Both the position numbers and the translations under genes were made by a program. The notes under the pieces are model-generated. The model was given only the letters and a program-made list of their open reading frames with translations, did not search any database and had not been told where the DNA came from. DNA of 62,787 nt, counting the filler, from Polymyxa betae A26-41 (taxonomy: Eukaryota; Protista; Endomyxa: Phytomyxea), in assembly GCA_003693705.1 (NCBI GenBank). It is 7 parts of 7 records of this genome, joined end to end, with 100 filler letters (N's around TTAATTAATTAA, not from the genome) between each part and the next. Parts side by side here need not be neighbours in the genome. Positions count along the whole stretch, not along the records: positions 1 to 6,060 come from RBZT01000074.1; positions 6,161 to 12,113 come from RBZT01000183.1; 5 more parts are not named here. One strand, written 5' to 3'. The stretch's first letter is position 1. Each line of letters opens with the position of its first letter. Below are positions 1-11,704 of this stretch, piece by piece.

Positions 1-1388
1 TGAGATCGCACATGACATTATTAGCACACATGAATCTGGACGTAACCAATACAAAGGCGTCGATAAAACCTTCTCTCTGTGCTTGCGAGAAATCCATCAC
101 TGTTCCACAGGTTTTGTAATATACAGCAAGCTTCTCATCAAAACCACAGCTAAGTGTGGAAATCTGTCGTGTTACTTCTCTAAGAATTGCAATGAAGTGT
201 GCCTTGAAATGCTCTCGTGTTAATCCATGGATCCAGGAGAAGGCAATCGGGACCCATCGATGCAATAAATTGCAATATGTTGCCGTCGTGAGGAGATACC
301 CTTCCTTAAAAAACGAGTATGTAACATCAGAGACAGCACCTTCATCTTGACGCCCGGATGCAGGATTCATGTCACTGAATCTGAGCGTTTTTTAGTGTTA
401 CGATCGTTGCAGCAACGACATGATCAAACCGGCTTAGCATAAACTTCGTGGCAACAGTAATGTGCATCCTGCTAACGCTTAAACTGTCAGACAGTATGAT
501 CGTTGCACCGAATTTCTGTTGGAATTGTACAATAGACTCTAGAAATGAATCGCCTTGACCTGATACAATTTCAGTACACGACTTCAAGAAATAAACCAAT
601 ACCAGGTAAAGTCACCCCCTAATTCCATTAACACATTCCGGCGGAAATAAGCAACCCTTGCAATGTTACTGAATGCTTCGTGAATGGAACGAACAGAATC
701 AGTCAATGGAGTCCCTGTAACAAGTTTGACAGCTTTTGCTGAGGAATCGCTAACAATTCTCTGCGACAAGGGGTTCTTGTCATAATAATCAGCCTTAACA
801 AAATGCGGAACAGCGTGATGATGGGTTCCTTCATGGAGAATAATGGCCCTGTCCCTCTGTGAACATTCGATCCATTTGCAGGTTGCTGTACAAGTGACAC
901 GGAAAAGAGCACTGCTGCAAATAGGGCACCAAATAATCGATATCATTTCAAAATTACTCAAAATTGTTCGCTCAATTGGTACTCGGAATCAAACTCATGA
1001 GGCGTTTCCTGTTTCTGCCTTTGAGTAACAAGCATTCCTTTTTTTGGCATCGGATGATGCCATTGCATTGTTTGGTGATGATTTTTATGAACATTTCGGG
1101 TTTTCGGTAATCGCTATAGCGAGAGCGGATTACTTTCCATTGCCATTCAGAATAGTGGGCCTGGAGGTTCGGTTTGAGAGATAATTGGTCAAACTTGAAT
1201 ATGCAGTCCCCATTTGGATGCAGAGGGACTCCTTCTTCATCAAGACCACAGTCCAAAGTGAAGGAGCTACCACTAAATCCAGATCGCGTTTCGAGATCCC
1301 CTGGTGACCATGTTAGGTCGATTTTGTCCACACAGTGAATATGCTCGGATTCATTCTCTGAAGGGGAGGTGCCATTCAATAAGTCCAA
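1..1388 (-). pseudogene. GCM-domain-containing Mutator(MULE)-like transposase, frameshifted, runs off the window start
   Basis: Consecutive minus-strand frames give KQCNGIIRCQKKEC...WCPIC...TCTATC...ILHEGTHHHAVP (GCM/WRKY-like Zn fold) and SVRSIHEAFSNIARVAYFRR. Manual translation of 1-350 gives SDVTYSFFKEGYLLTTATYCNLLHRWVPIAFSWIHGL...HFKAHF...VMDFSQAQREGF (MULE-type DDE core). Confidence 0.7.
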
Positions 1389-1724
1389 GAGCGAAATGAA
1401 TGCGAACTAATAGAAGATGAATCTCCTAATGATTTCGAAGATGATGGCTCAGTAATTGCAGCAGAATCGTGGAAGCGTTCCGAAGATTCCCAGAATGTTC
1501 ATCACTTAATACAAACGCGATATCCATAACTCAACTAAAGATAAACTGAATTCTAACTTGACTGTTGTAGTGTGGATAATGCGGAAGCCCCCACGAAATT
1601 GCGCAGACCCTAACTTCGATAGATGACTAGCGCAGGATGCTATAGTTTCCAAGTGCCTACAGTACTTGAGCAGCCCGCCGTGACAAGCGCAGCCCACCGT
1701 ACAATTGTCGGGAGGCTGCGCTCA

Positions 1725-1900
1725 GCCTGTCTACCTAGGGTTTTTGCGCCAGTGCCAAGCCTGTCTACCTAATTCTGTAGCCCTCCATAAAAAAGGTAGA
1801 CAGGAGGAGGTAGACACCCTCGCATTTTTCTGCCTGTCTACCTTCTGCCTGTCTACCTTCTGCCTGTCTACCTTTTTCAAGTGTACCTTTTTTTAATGCC
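1725..1900 (-). repeat. Probable terminal/subterminal region of the GCM-MULE element
   Basis: About 7 copies of CCTGTCTACC/GGTAGACAGG in both orientations, including three tandem TGCCTGTCTACCTT. Read on the minus strand the region starts GGCATTAAAAAAAGG, upstream of the transposase. Confidence 0.5.
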
Positions 1901-2245
1901 ATTCTATCAGTAAATATTTCTGGACAGATCCTTCATCGTGCAAAAAATGCGACCCGGTCGGGCCAAAGAAAATATTTATCCGGGTCCGGTACGACCATAA
2001 AATTCCGCTGGATCCCGATCAAACTGATCCAAAACCATTTCTGTGAATTGGCGACAATATAAGGCAATATTTCTGGAACTGCTGTCTCTTGGTTGGATAA
2101 TTTATTGAATGAAATAACATATCAGTATACAATTAAAAAGAACTTCACCATTTTGTCTGATCGATTACGTTTCAGGGCTGCGCCCCGACACCAGCTCTGT
2201 GCTCCGATGGAAAACTCCGGAGCGCAGATTTTGAAGTCTCCCTCA

Positions 2246-2252
2246 CTCTCTC

Positions 2253-2302
<50 letters not shown>
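2246..2302. repeat. (TCTG)n/(TC)n microsatellite
   Basis: About 10 TCTG units flanked by TC runs. Confidence 0.9.
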
Positions 2303-2303
<1 letters not shown>

Positions 2304-2492
2304 TGCTCTCTCGCACTCTCGCTCCCTCACCCTTTCCACCGCTCTCCCGTTCCTGCCCGAATAGCGCCACGAACGCCCAGCTCTCTTTGTGACTGTGGCA
2401 GCAGCATGCCACATTCCAACTCTAGATCGATGCACTGTCTGTACAGGACGGGCCTGAACCGTCTATAGCTTCCCCCTTCATCATCCGGTCCA

Positions 2493-4538
2493 GTGATTGC
2501 CACGCCTATCGTCGCCCGGGCTCTTTCCGCTAGCTCACCGGGTCTTCCAATCGCACGAGCAATCGCATCGCCCGACGTCGCTCGCTCAGTTCCTGGGCCC
2601 AGCCCATCGGGGCCTCCACCGATCGTTGCCGTTGAACAGCCGCTGCAGCCTGCCCCTGCACCGGTTGCTGCACTAGAGGTCTGCCCAGTGCGTCACTGTG
2701 CAACCTGCCAACGGACTGATCATGTGAGACGGAGCTCGAGACTCTGCCTGGACAACCCGAACCGGGTCGTCAGTGTCGCTGTACAGATGCCTGCCGCCGC
2801 TGCTGTCGGTCAACATCCCGCCGCCCCCACTGGAGACGGGTTCGTCAATGGCCGACGCCGGCCTCCTCCGATGTCCGTCGTCTGCAACCGATGCCAGGCT
2901 CGGATGTGGTTGGGCGAGCGCATTGCCTCCTCATCCATTCAGCATCCGAAGTTCCTGTTGAAATCCGAAGTGCTGTCGAATCACTTAGAAGCAGTTCGTC
3001 AGGAGAGATCAAAGAGCAAGATCAATCCACGGAGTGCGCATCAAGTTGAAGGTCCCATAATTGACTCATCCCTCAGGTTTGCTACATTACCATCTCTATT
3101 AATAAACTACAATTAATTGAAGTAACAACAAAAGGCCGTGTATTGAGTTACACGAGAGATTGCGGTACCTTAGCCACAGCTTCATTCAAATCAATCCGAA
3201 TTACACATAATACCCTCAGATTCCAACAGTTCCAGCTGTGTTGCGCGAACTTCGAAGTGGTTGCCGACTATCCGCAGGCGGAGCATCCCGATCATGCGTT
3301 GCTCATGCAGCACGTCCGGACATTGAACTTCGTGTTCGCATTCATCTCCGTTGGTGCCAATATTAGGCTGGCCTCGGGTCGCGGTCCACCAACGTATATT
3401 CTCAGCGGTCAGCTGCATCACCGGATCGGATCGCTGTTGCCTGCTGGCGATAACGACCGTCCTCTGTTCGCGCAGATGTACATTTACGACTCCGAACAGC
3501 AGGATTCGATCCGGGGCCAAAGTTTGTTGATCCAGTTATCGCTGCAAGGCGCGCGGCGCCCTGCACGCTCCGACAATGTCCGCGATCGCCAACTGGACAT
3601 TGGCCACCAGATCGGGATCGTTATGGCTCGCACCAACCCGTTCGCACGGTCGTTTTACCACGACGGGCAACACATCCAGCAGGCCCTCGCTCGCGATGAG
3701 CCAGTCCCCGATGTCGTTCTGCAGTTGCGTGCGCCAGACGGAACTGCGACGAGCTCGCTTCGTGGCACTTTCAACTTGCCGACCGCTCAGGAGATCGCCG
3801 TGATCCTGTCGGGTGTTGGCGACGCTCATGAGCCCTCTGAACGCGACATTCGTGTCCGTGGCCGGTCAACGGGACTGCGACGCATCTCCCATCTGCACCC
3901 AACGAATACGCCGTTGCAGTTCCCGTTGATGTTCCCCTGTGGTGACTTTGGATACCATTTGGGAATTCCGCTTGCTGTGGTCGTGCTGCCGGTCGACGCC
4001 GAGAACGTGTGCTATTCCAGTAGAACCAGGACCGTGACGACGATGACGCCGCGATTGATTCCGCCGACAGCACTGATGACGCCGTTGACGAGGTTGCTGA
4101 TTGCGAGGACAATCGAAATGGCCCACGTCAGAACGTTACTCCGCTGCTGTATTTCTGGTTGGTTACTTTTGGTTCGCATTCTAGGGTTTACTGATCATGT
4201 ATGTGTGCGTAATTTTAGGTACTGTCTGATGGTCCGTCCGGGCAATTCCATTCTGCCGTTCGGCCGGTTATATATCCAATGGATGCTGGACGCGTACTGT
4301 ACGATGAAGACCTGCCGACTCAACTTCCTCCGACTGAACCAGTCCATTCTCCGTACCCACACGTGTCAGGGCGTTTACGACCAGATTCGTGCTGGCGACG
4401 GCAACCTCGAAGATGTCGGGCAACGCATCATCCTGCCGTCTTCCTTCACTGGTTCGCCGAGGGATCAGTTCCCACAGTACCAGAATGCGATGGCGATCGT
4501 GCGTGTATACGGGAAACCGGATTTCTTTGTCACGTACA
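2493..4538 (+). mobile_element. Helitron Rep/helicase N-terminal region, interrupted and truncated
   Basis: Motifs CNRCQARMWLGER, F(Q)LCC, GPPTYILSGQLHHRIGSLLP, FAQMYIYD, FNLPTAQEIAVIL, PLQFPLMFPCGDFGYH, RLNFLRLNQSILR and GQRIILPSSFTGSPR...YQNAMAIVRVYGKPDFFVT are hallmark Helitron Rep (Helitron_like_N) motifs. Confidence 0.9.
2956..3228 (+). mobile_element. Solo LTR (Ty1/copia family of 46094-51360) inserted in the Helitron
   Basis: TGTTG...CAACA termini with a perfect 5-bp TSD GTTCC (2951-2955 and 3229-3233). Near-identical to 46094-46365. Removing it restores HPKFQLCC. Confidence 0.95.
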
Positions 4539-4991
4539 TGTCATGCAGACTAGCCATGACAGTTGACCGGGCTACGCCAGAGGCCGCACCCACCAAGACA
4601 AACGCCCACCTACAAGCAGTGCGTGGTCATTCTGACCAACACCTCTCTATCGGTCGTCTCATATCGTCGACCTCTTCGCCGCCGTCGCCGCCGCCGGCCC
4701 CGTCGTTCCAACAACCTTCCGCCGTACCCATCGTCCCCAGCATCTCCATTGTTCTGTCGTCCTCACTGTCTCCGTCGTCCTCACCGTCTCCGTCGTCCCC
4801 ACTGTCTCCGTCGTTCTCACTGCCCCCGTCGTCCCCACTGTCTCCGTCGTCCTCACTGTCTCCGCTTTCTCTACTACCTCCGCCGTTACATTTCTCGCCA
4901 TCGTCGTTGCTGAATACTCAAGAGTCCACCGTTTCTCCTTTATATACGTTTATTACGGAATATACAGGATTTCCTAGACCTCGACCTAACA
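4539..4991 (+). mobile_element. 5' LTR of a Ty3/gypsy element inserted in the Helitron
   Basis: Helitron homology stops abruptly at TGTCA (4539). The segment ends CCTAACA followed by a PBS-like GTTTGGTCAGAATCC, and a gag follows. It contains internal CCGTCGTC/ACTGTCT repeats. Confidence 0.65.
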
Positions 4992-5167
4992 GTTTGGTCA
5001 GAATCCTTTTTTTTCATTCTTTTTCAAGCACGATCTGAACGACATCCTGTCCTCTGCCGTTTGTCTTGGATCCCGGATTGCAAGGCCTATCTGCTCAAGA
5101 CTGGGTTGCTATCCTAACCGCCCAGCAACAGCAAATTGCAGACCTGTAGCGTCTCCTTCAAACCTCT

Positions 5168-5637
5168 TTGTCTACGCGGTCCCAGCAAAACCAAGCCGAG
5201 CCCATGATGACACTCCCTGAATCGTTCGACGGTTCCCGTCAACGCGTTCGCGGGTTTATGAACCAAATTCGCCTTGTAATCTCCCAGCAGCCGCACACGT
5301 ACGATACTGATCTCAAACGCGTCGCGCTGGTCGGCTCGTTACTTTCTTTGGATGCACTGACCTGGTTTTCCCCTTTGTTCGAGAACAATGACCCTCTTTT
5401 ATCAAGTTTCGATCCTTTTATGAACGCCCTCCGTGCGCGCTTCGATGATCCTCACCGACAACGAACCGCATCTTCCCGCTTAACAGTCCATCCGTCAAGG
5501 TCGCCGTCAAGCATCAACTTTCGCGACAGACTTTCAGCTCTTGCTCGCTGATGCAGGTTGGGACGATGTTTGTCATGCCCATTTTGAGCATGACAGTACT
5601 CGCAGCCGCCCAGCTGACCACCAGGCAGTCGTACTGG
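5168..5637 (+). pseudogene. Ty3/gypsy Gag (Retrotrans_gag, PEG10/RTL1-like), frameshifted
   Basis: LPESFDGSRQRVRGFMNQIRL...KRVALVGSLLSLDALTWFSPL...FMNALRARFDDP, then LADAGWDD in another frame. Confidence 0.85.
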
Positions 5638-5728
5638 NNNNNNNNNNNNNNNNNNNNNNNNNNNNNNNNNNNNNNNNNNNNNNNNNNNNNNNNNNNNNNN
5701 NNNNNNNNNNNNNNNNNNNNNNNNNNNN

Positions 5729-6060
5729 TCCACGCAACCATTCCGATCAACTCCAAGATTCATACGTTTCTCATCTCGTCTCCGACTCTCTATTGCTTCG
5801 TTCTCCCCTCGCCTCACCTCCGACTCCCCTCCGACCTTCGTCTCCGCTCACTCCCTGACGTCGCTCCGTTGCAGGACACCGGTCCCCCGCGTCCTACCCT
5901 CTGCTCCCGAGTCATCGCACCGCTTATCTAACCAATAAAAGGGGACTTTTTACTCGATCCTAACAGTTTCATCGGAATCCCCTTTCTTCCAGCTCTTGCT
6001 GAGTTTTCTTATTACAATTCTCGACATGCGGCAACCGGCGTCTCCCCGTTTTTCGCCTTG
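5729..6060 (+). mobile_element. Second related gypsy fragment: LTR 3' end plus PBS joined directly to an integrase C-terminal piece
   Basis: CTCGATCCTAACA-GTTTCATCGGAATCC resembles 4980-5006. It is followed by LAEFSYYNSRHAATGVSPFFAL (integrase AEFAYNNS.H.STG.SPF motif). Confidence 0.6.
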
Positions 6061-6160
6061 NNNNNNNNNNNNNNNNNNNNNNNNNNNNNNNNNNNNNNNN
6101 NNNNTTAATTAATTAANNNNNNNNNNNNNNNNNNNNNNNNNNNNNNNNNNNNNNNNNNNN
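6061..6160. other. Artificial contig-joining spacer (also at 12114-12213, 31890-31989, 39559-39658, 51361-51460, 57518-57617)
   Basis: Each is 44 N + TTAATTAATTAA (stops in all six frames) + 44 N. Confidence 0.97.
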
Positions 6161-8249
6161 TTCGCATTAGACGATAAGATTTCCGAATTGATAGAGCATT
6201 CAATAGGTTGAAAGAAGCAGAGCCATACATTAAATCTCTCACCTCTTTCTGATGCTTCTCATGGCTCTTCTCTTAATCATTCATGTTGAATTACATTCTG
6301 CTGACNNNNNNNNNNNNNNNNNNNNNNNNNNNNNNNNNNNNNNNNNNNNNNNNNNNNNNNNNNNNNNNNNNNNNNNNNNNNNNNNNNNNNNNNNNNNNNN
6401 NNNNNNNNNNNNNNNNNNNNNNNNNNNNNNNNNNNNNNNNNNNNNNNNNNNNNGAGTCACCTTCCGATCAAACCCTAAAACCCCAAATTTCATTCCAACA
6501 CATGCTCTTTGAAAATCTTTTCGAAAAAAAAATTGGATTGTTGTAGTTGTTTGTGAATTCCTTTGAAAATCTTATAGCGTTTGATGATTACTTTTGCTAC
6601 CTTCGACGTTTTTATTCGAAACTGAGCTGGTGAATTTTCGCTGCTGCCTGTTAGTTGGATTCCGAAAGCATCGTATCGATTCAGTCGTCTTAATCGGATC
6701 ATGTTTATTGCATATCTGCATAGCTTTCGTAAGAATTACTGAATAGTATTTATTTGGCATCAAATGAGGATTTTTTCAAGTTGATATTTTCAGAGTGTCC
6801 GTCCTAATACCCGTCCTACTGTATTATCTACGAATGTGTTTCACAAGTTTTCAATGGTTTGTCTACAGAATAAAACAAAATTTTCGTGGTAATTAGGACA
6901 GAATGGTAATGGAGTCTTAGATTCTAAAGACGAGGGTCGTAGAGACAAAGGGAAAACAGAGATACAAAGGAGAGAGGACTAAAACAGGAAGTGTGTATTA
7001 TTGTAAATTTAGTTTTCCCAGCACACAAACGCTCATGTGCATCATGGCCAGGAATGACCGTTGAGATGAGCCCGCAGTCTGCAGTTGAGCGCTCCCATGG
7101 CGATGCAGGTGAAATGCTCTAATTGTGGTAGAGATTCATATTGTCTGTTAGGTTACTGTGAATTCTTGGTCAGTACGCCAACTTGTACAAGTACGGTTAA
7201 AGCCTAAAGGTTCTAATAAGGTCTTGGGGAGTATTGGCAGGGTCCAGGGTCTTAGCCAAAATGAATGTCGAGGGTCTGATCAAGGTGCGAACGGCATTTT
7301 ATGGGCCTTAATACAGAATTTTGGGGATGTTATCAGTTGTAAATCGAAAATCTTTAGCAATTTCGTCGTTTCCTCTAGAGAGATACTTGTTGATTGCCGA
7401 AAGAATGTTCCGATTGGATGAATGTTTTCCAATCTGGCAATGAAACGCATTTCAACGATGCAAAAGCACAGCCTTCGCAAAATCGATTGAATTCAGTTCT
7501 GCATTAAATTTGCTGCAATTGAAAATTGAACTTTCAAGTCGATGGCCAGGGCATGTTTCCGCTATCGAATATATGGATATAGCATTAGATCAGGGAGTGG
7601 TCCTATTATGACCCTGCGAAGCAGGAATTCCAGCGTTCAGGGTCTTAGGAATCCAAATCAGGGTTCAGGGCTTATAATGAGAAAATCTTAATAGAAACTT
7701 TTACTGTAATGCTGATCAAGTAAAATTCGATCATTTCTTTGACCATGCGAAGTTTGGAAAGTTTATCATATGCTTTAGCGAAATCGTATCAAATGTTCAT
7801 GATTTTTGCAATTCGAAAGTCAGATTTATGTTGGAAGCTGTGATTAGTAACATTATCAATGCAAACGAGAATCGCCAATCCAAAGAGCTTAGGCCAATCG
7901 GGCACCAATTGCGAATCCGTAGGACAATCGAAGGCTGTTTTGAACATCAGAAGGCCAAGCAAAACCTATTCTCTACGCAGCCCATTCTACAAGCGATTTG
8001 TTGGGGCGCCCATCGCACCGAATCGTTGGGGGTGGGCCAGTATTATTCGGTCGATGCGGAGCCGCGACCCCCTGCCAGGTCGTGGCAGGTGACATCATTC
8101 GCCCACTCACTGACAGACGATTGCGCCCTTTGATCACGAAGTCAGAGGGCGAGTATTCCCCCCCCCCCCCGGCGGTCGTACTGGCCTGGACATAGAGAGG
8201 GGTCGAGAGCACGATTCGCATTCCTATGTAATGTTACGACTCGTCCAGA

Positions 8250-8801
8250 ATGTGGCAGGAAACTTGTGGTCGTCACGGATATCGGACCTATATGGTCCAG
8301 TATTCCCCCCGGGGTTTGTGGCGATCATCTGATAGGGACACGGGGGGCCGAGCTCCGATCGTATCTGGCCACATGCCATCGTTAACGATGTTTAAAGGGG
8401 GTCATGGCGATCCGCCCTCGGCAACGACCGCCACGCACCCAGGCCCGACAGGCGATACGGACGGGCCAACACGACCCCGGACCTGGCGTTTCGGCTTTCG
8501 TCGAAAGACAGCCGGCGGCGCGCCTTCCAGCGAATCTGAAGGCGGCGATACTCAGCCCGTCGCGGAGACCGAACAGCGTTCGGTTTGTGAGAGGCCGTGC
8601 GATGAGGAGGAGGCCGTGACGGACGCCGCTGGCTCGAAGCCGATCCTGACAAGGCTCGTGGCGAGTGCCGAGACGGCGTTGGCGTTGGTGTTGGTGATGT
8701 CCGTGACGGTGTTGGGGGCCTGTTGGGGTGTCGCTGCTGTTGGCATCAGCGCTACAGCCAAATTCGTCTCGGAAATCGTCGACATTTGGAAACGATCTTA
8801 A
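8250..8801 (+). CDS. Hypothetical GC-rich ORF with a C-terminal hydrophobic segment
   Basis: 183-aa ATG ORF in a GC-rich island, containing ALALVLVMSVTVLGACWGVAAVGI. No recognisable domain. Confidence 0.3.
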   Translation: MWQETCGRHGYRTYMVQYSPRGLWRSSDRDTGGRAPIVSGHMPSLTMFKGGHGDPPSATTATHPGPTGDTDGPTRPRTWRFGFRRKTAGGAPSSESEGGDTQPVAETEQRSVCERPCDEEEAVTDAAGSKPILTRLVASAETALALVLVMSVTVLGACWGVAAVGISATAKFVSEIVDIWKRS

Positions 8802-8983
8802 CAGGGTTCTGATGATCCTATTATAATGAACATCAATTTTCTATTCTATCGCAATAATCCCAGACTAAACTTTGCGAAAAATGAATTCGGTTTTTCACTG
8901 TTAGATTTTCACTAACGGAGATATTTTGTTAGAAATCTATCATAAGATTATAGAGGAAACTTTGTTTATTGCTATCTGGTGTC

Positions 8984-9951
8984 TGTAACGTGAGCGTTGA
9001 GAAGAGACACACTATCAGGAGTCTCTTCCAGATAATTTGTAACAAGACTGAATGCAGCCAAGCACTCAGATAGGCTCAGTATCAGGAAGACAGTGGCTGG
9101 GCCAAGCATTTCCTTGCAAATGAGATCTGGTCGTCGGGCTTCGGTGTTGCGTATCGTCTAGCCTAGTAGCCTATTGAGCCTAACACAGAATGTTGCGCGC
9201 AGTTTTTTGCTCCTCTGTAGTGGCCAATAGTCACCTGTTTTGAAGAGAACCGTTCGACAATCTCTGGGATAATGGCTCACGATCTACGGTCAAAGATATA
9301 CCTTCGAATTTTTGCGATAATCAATCCCAATCTTGCAAATACCGTCACGCAGTCCATCCTTTCCCAGTCCAATCGGTTTCACGTTACGCTATGACCGTTT
9401 GAAATTCGGCGTTTTCTGATGAAATTCTGCAGAGAATTCACATCTTCTACAATCCGACATTGACAATGAAAGTAGACTGCTTGTATCAAACTGTAATGGT
9501 TTAATGGTGGTGTTGGAGCTGTAAGTGGGCCGGGACGGGACCGTTTGTTCATCCGAGCTCGAATATCCGCTGGGATCTGCTTCTTAGGAGTCGCTCTCTT
9601 GTTCGCCATTAGACTCAGCAAGTTGGTTGATAGATAAACAATCTGATATTTGTTCTGTTTATTTCGTTTGTTACTTACATCTCGAACATGCGAGCTTAGA
9701 ATGTTCCAGTGGTATCAGGTTCCAGCTCAGTCGCTCGGTGTTCCGCCTCAGTGGAGTACAGCCCCACCGGAGGCTGGGCAGGATATTCCGAACCTTGTGG
9801 CAATCTGACGTTCAAGCCTGAGACGATTGCACCACGAAATAACGAAGATGTGTCTGTTTACTATATGCGTATCTAAGCCCTGAGTAAATCCAGAAATTCA
9901 TCGGAATTGATTGATAGCCAGAGTATGCGTAAATTATCCAATATTGTTACA
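8984..9951 (+). mobile_element. Long LTR-like repeat (related copies near 53078-53420 and 39150-39423)
   Basis: TGTAA...TTACA ends. AGCACTCAGATAG(G/A)CTCAGTATCAGGAAG is shared with ~53302-53330, and the 3' end resembles 39395-39423. No TSD found. Confidence 0.5.
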
Positions 9952-11700
9952 ACCTGAGGGATCGTCATTTCCAACACTCCTAAAGTCCCACCCGATCCCG
10001 ATGGGGGGTATGATATGTCATAATACGCGCCGCCAGCTTCTGCAAAGTAATATGAGGTACGTAGGGGTTTCGTCAACATATCAGCAATCATATCAGTAAT
10101 ACAAGTGTAACGAACTTCAACCTTGCCTTCTTTACTTGTCTGCCGTATGAAATGGTATTTGATCTCGATGTGCTTGGATCGTTTTGATGTTGTCTCGTTT
10201 GCCAACGTCATCCCCCCTTATGTCCTCAAAATTATCATACCGAGATCTTGTAAACGTCGGCGAAGCCAAATGGCTTCCTGCGCAGCCATTGCTAGCGACA
10301 CATATTCGGCTTCAATCGTCGAAAACGTAACACATTTGTGCTTGAAGGCCCTTCTCAGCAATCGCGATCACGATACGCAATGAGCACAACAAAACTTCAG
10401 GTGAAAATGATTCGTTAAAATCCACAACGGGCTGCCGTGTAAAGCTGCGCGCCACGTATCGGGTTTTTCTGCGCACGATTATTCCGTCTGCGTTCCGTTT
10501 CGCCTTGAAACGGTCATGTGTCGCAGTTATTAAATCCCATGTGTGGTTTCTGACTAAAGCATCGAACTTCGCTTGCATCGCCTTCCGCCATTCCGGACTT
10601 TCAAGTTTCAAACGCTTCCGCAACGCTATTGGGATCTCCTTCGTCCGTGTGCTCATCTGATGTCACAGATATCTCTTCGGACGCTGACGGTGAACCTCCG
10701 TCCAATTTTGGTCGAGCATCAGGTATCGCCTTGGCTTTCGGACTCGACGTGCATGGGCGTTCAGCTGTTGGCTGGTCCCGACTTGTCAAGAACCAACTCT
10801 ATAACGAATAAGCTATAGAAGATATAATTAGGAAATAAGTAGCAGTCTAAGAAGAGGTAGAAGAATAATAAGAGGAGAGCGAAGAACGAAGAACAGGAAG
10901 AACGACAGGAAGACGACGACGAGGAACTAAAACTACAACGAAACGAGACGAAGAAGTTGATTCAAATACGGCGTTAACCGAACTGGGCTATTCTCAGTTC
11001 GGTTCTCCAAAGTGACTGTATTATTGTGCATGCAGTCTTACTGCTGCAAACTATCGCCAAACTACACTTTGGTAACATTAGGGCGGGTCGGGGTCGCGCC
11101 TCCTGACACGACTGTCCTCGTAGTTGTTCTCGCTCGCTTTGCTACTGCTGTCCGAGTTTTTTCACGATTGTCGTCTGATCGTCGGATTTTTCACAAATTG
11201 TTAGATTTGACACTGTTCTGGTCCTTGTTATCTGTCCGTCTCTTGAAATGGATTTCTTTCGAGTCTCCACGTCCTCAAAGATATAGGCCATGACTCCGTC
11301 TGCATAGCCTAAGAATATGCAAGTCCGCGACTTTGGGTGCAGTTTGTCTCTTCGTTCATCCGGTACCTGGGCCTAAACTCGAGCTCCGAACGTAGTTAGT
11401 GTTGGCATCCGCACGTTCTTGCGGAACGTGATTTCGTATTTGGTGTCTTCTTTGACTGATTTGCCTTGCTTGGTGTCCTGTCTTATAAATGTTGACATTC
11501 GTACAGCGTCTTCCAATAACCATTGGATAGATTCACGTCCGTCCGCAGACACATTGCCACTTCAATCAACGTCCTGTTCACTCGCTCCACCTTGCGCCGT
11601 TCTGCTCCGATGATCTTGGGGAACGCTCCCACCGAATTCCTTGCTGTTTTATAAACTTGATCGCTTCGTGGCTTGAATACTCTCCTCTGCAGTCCGAGCA
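9952..11700 (-). mobile_element. Degenerate, internally deleted Ty1/copia element (integrase, partial RT, RNase H)
   Basis: Integrase: AER...VERVNRTLIE. RT start: WRKAMQAKFDALVRNHTWDL...FKAKRNADG...DFNESFSP. RNase H: SKRSKHIEIKYHFIRQ...MIADMLTKPL. PPT-like AGGAG plus TGTTGG at ~9976. Confidence 0.85.
10784..11108. mobile_element. Solo LTR inserted in the copia element
   Basis: TGTCA...TGACA termini with a perfect TSD CGACT on both sides. Homologous, in inverted orientation, to 59911-60229. Confidence 0.95.
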
Positions 11701-11704
11701 TAAT

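Noticed and set aside
2093-2435. ORFs with SVCL/RQTD repeats
   Set aside because: These are translations of the (TCTG)n microsatellite.
3143-5038. 631-aa ORF as a single novel protein with a Ser/Pro tail
   Set aside because: It is a chimera of solo LTR, Helitron Rep and gypsy LTR read-through.
6105-6116. Recurrent palindrome TTAATTAATTAA inside N runs
   Set aside because: Artificial six-frame-stop linker used to concatenate contigs. It is not biological, and gene neighbourhoods across it are meaningless.
6490-7500. Possible LINE endonuclease remnant (CIAMGALNCR, like GDLN) on the minus strand
   Set aside because: Only one weak motif amid many stops, which is too little to call.
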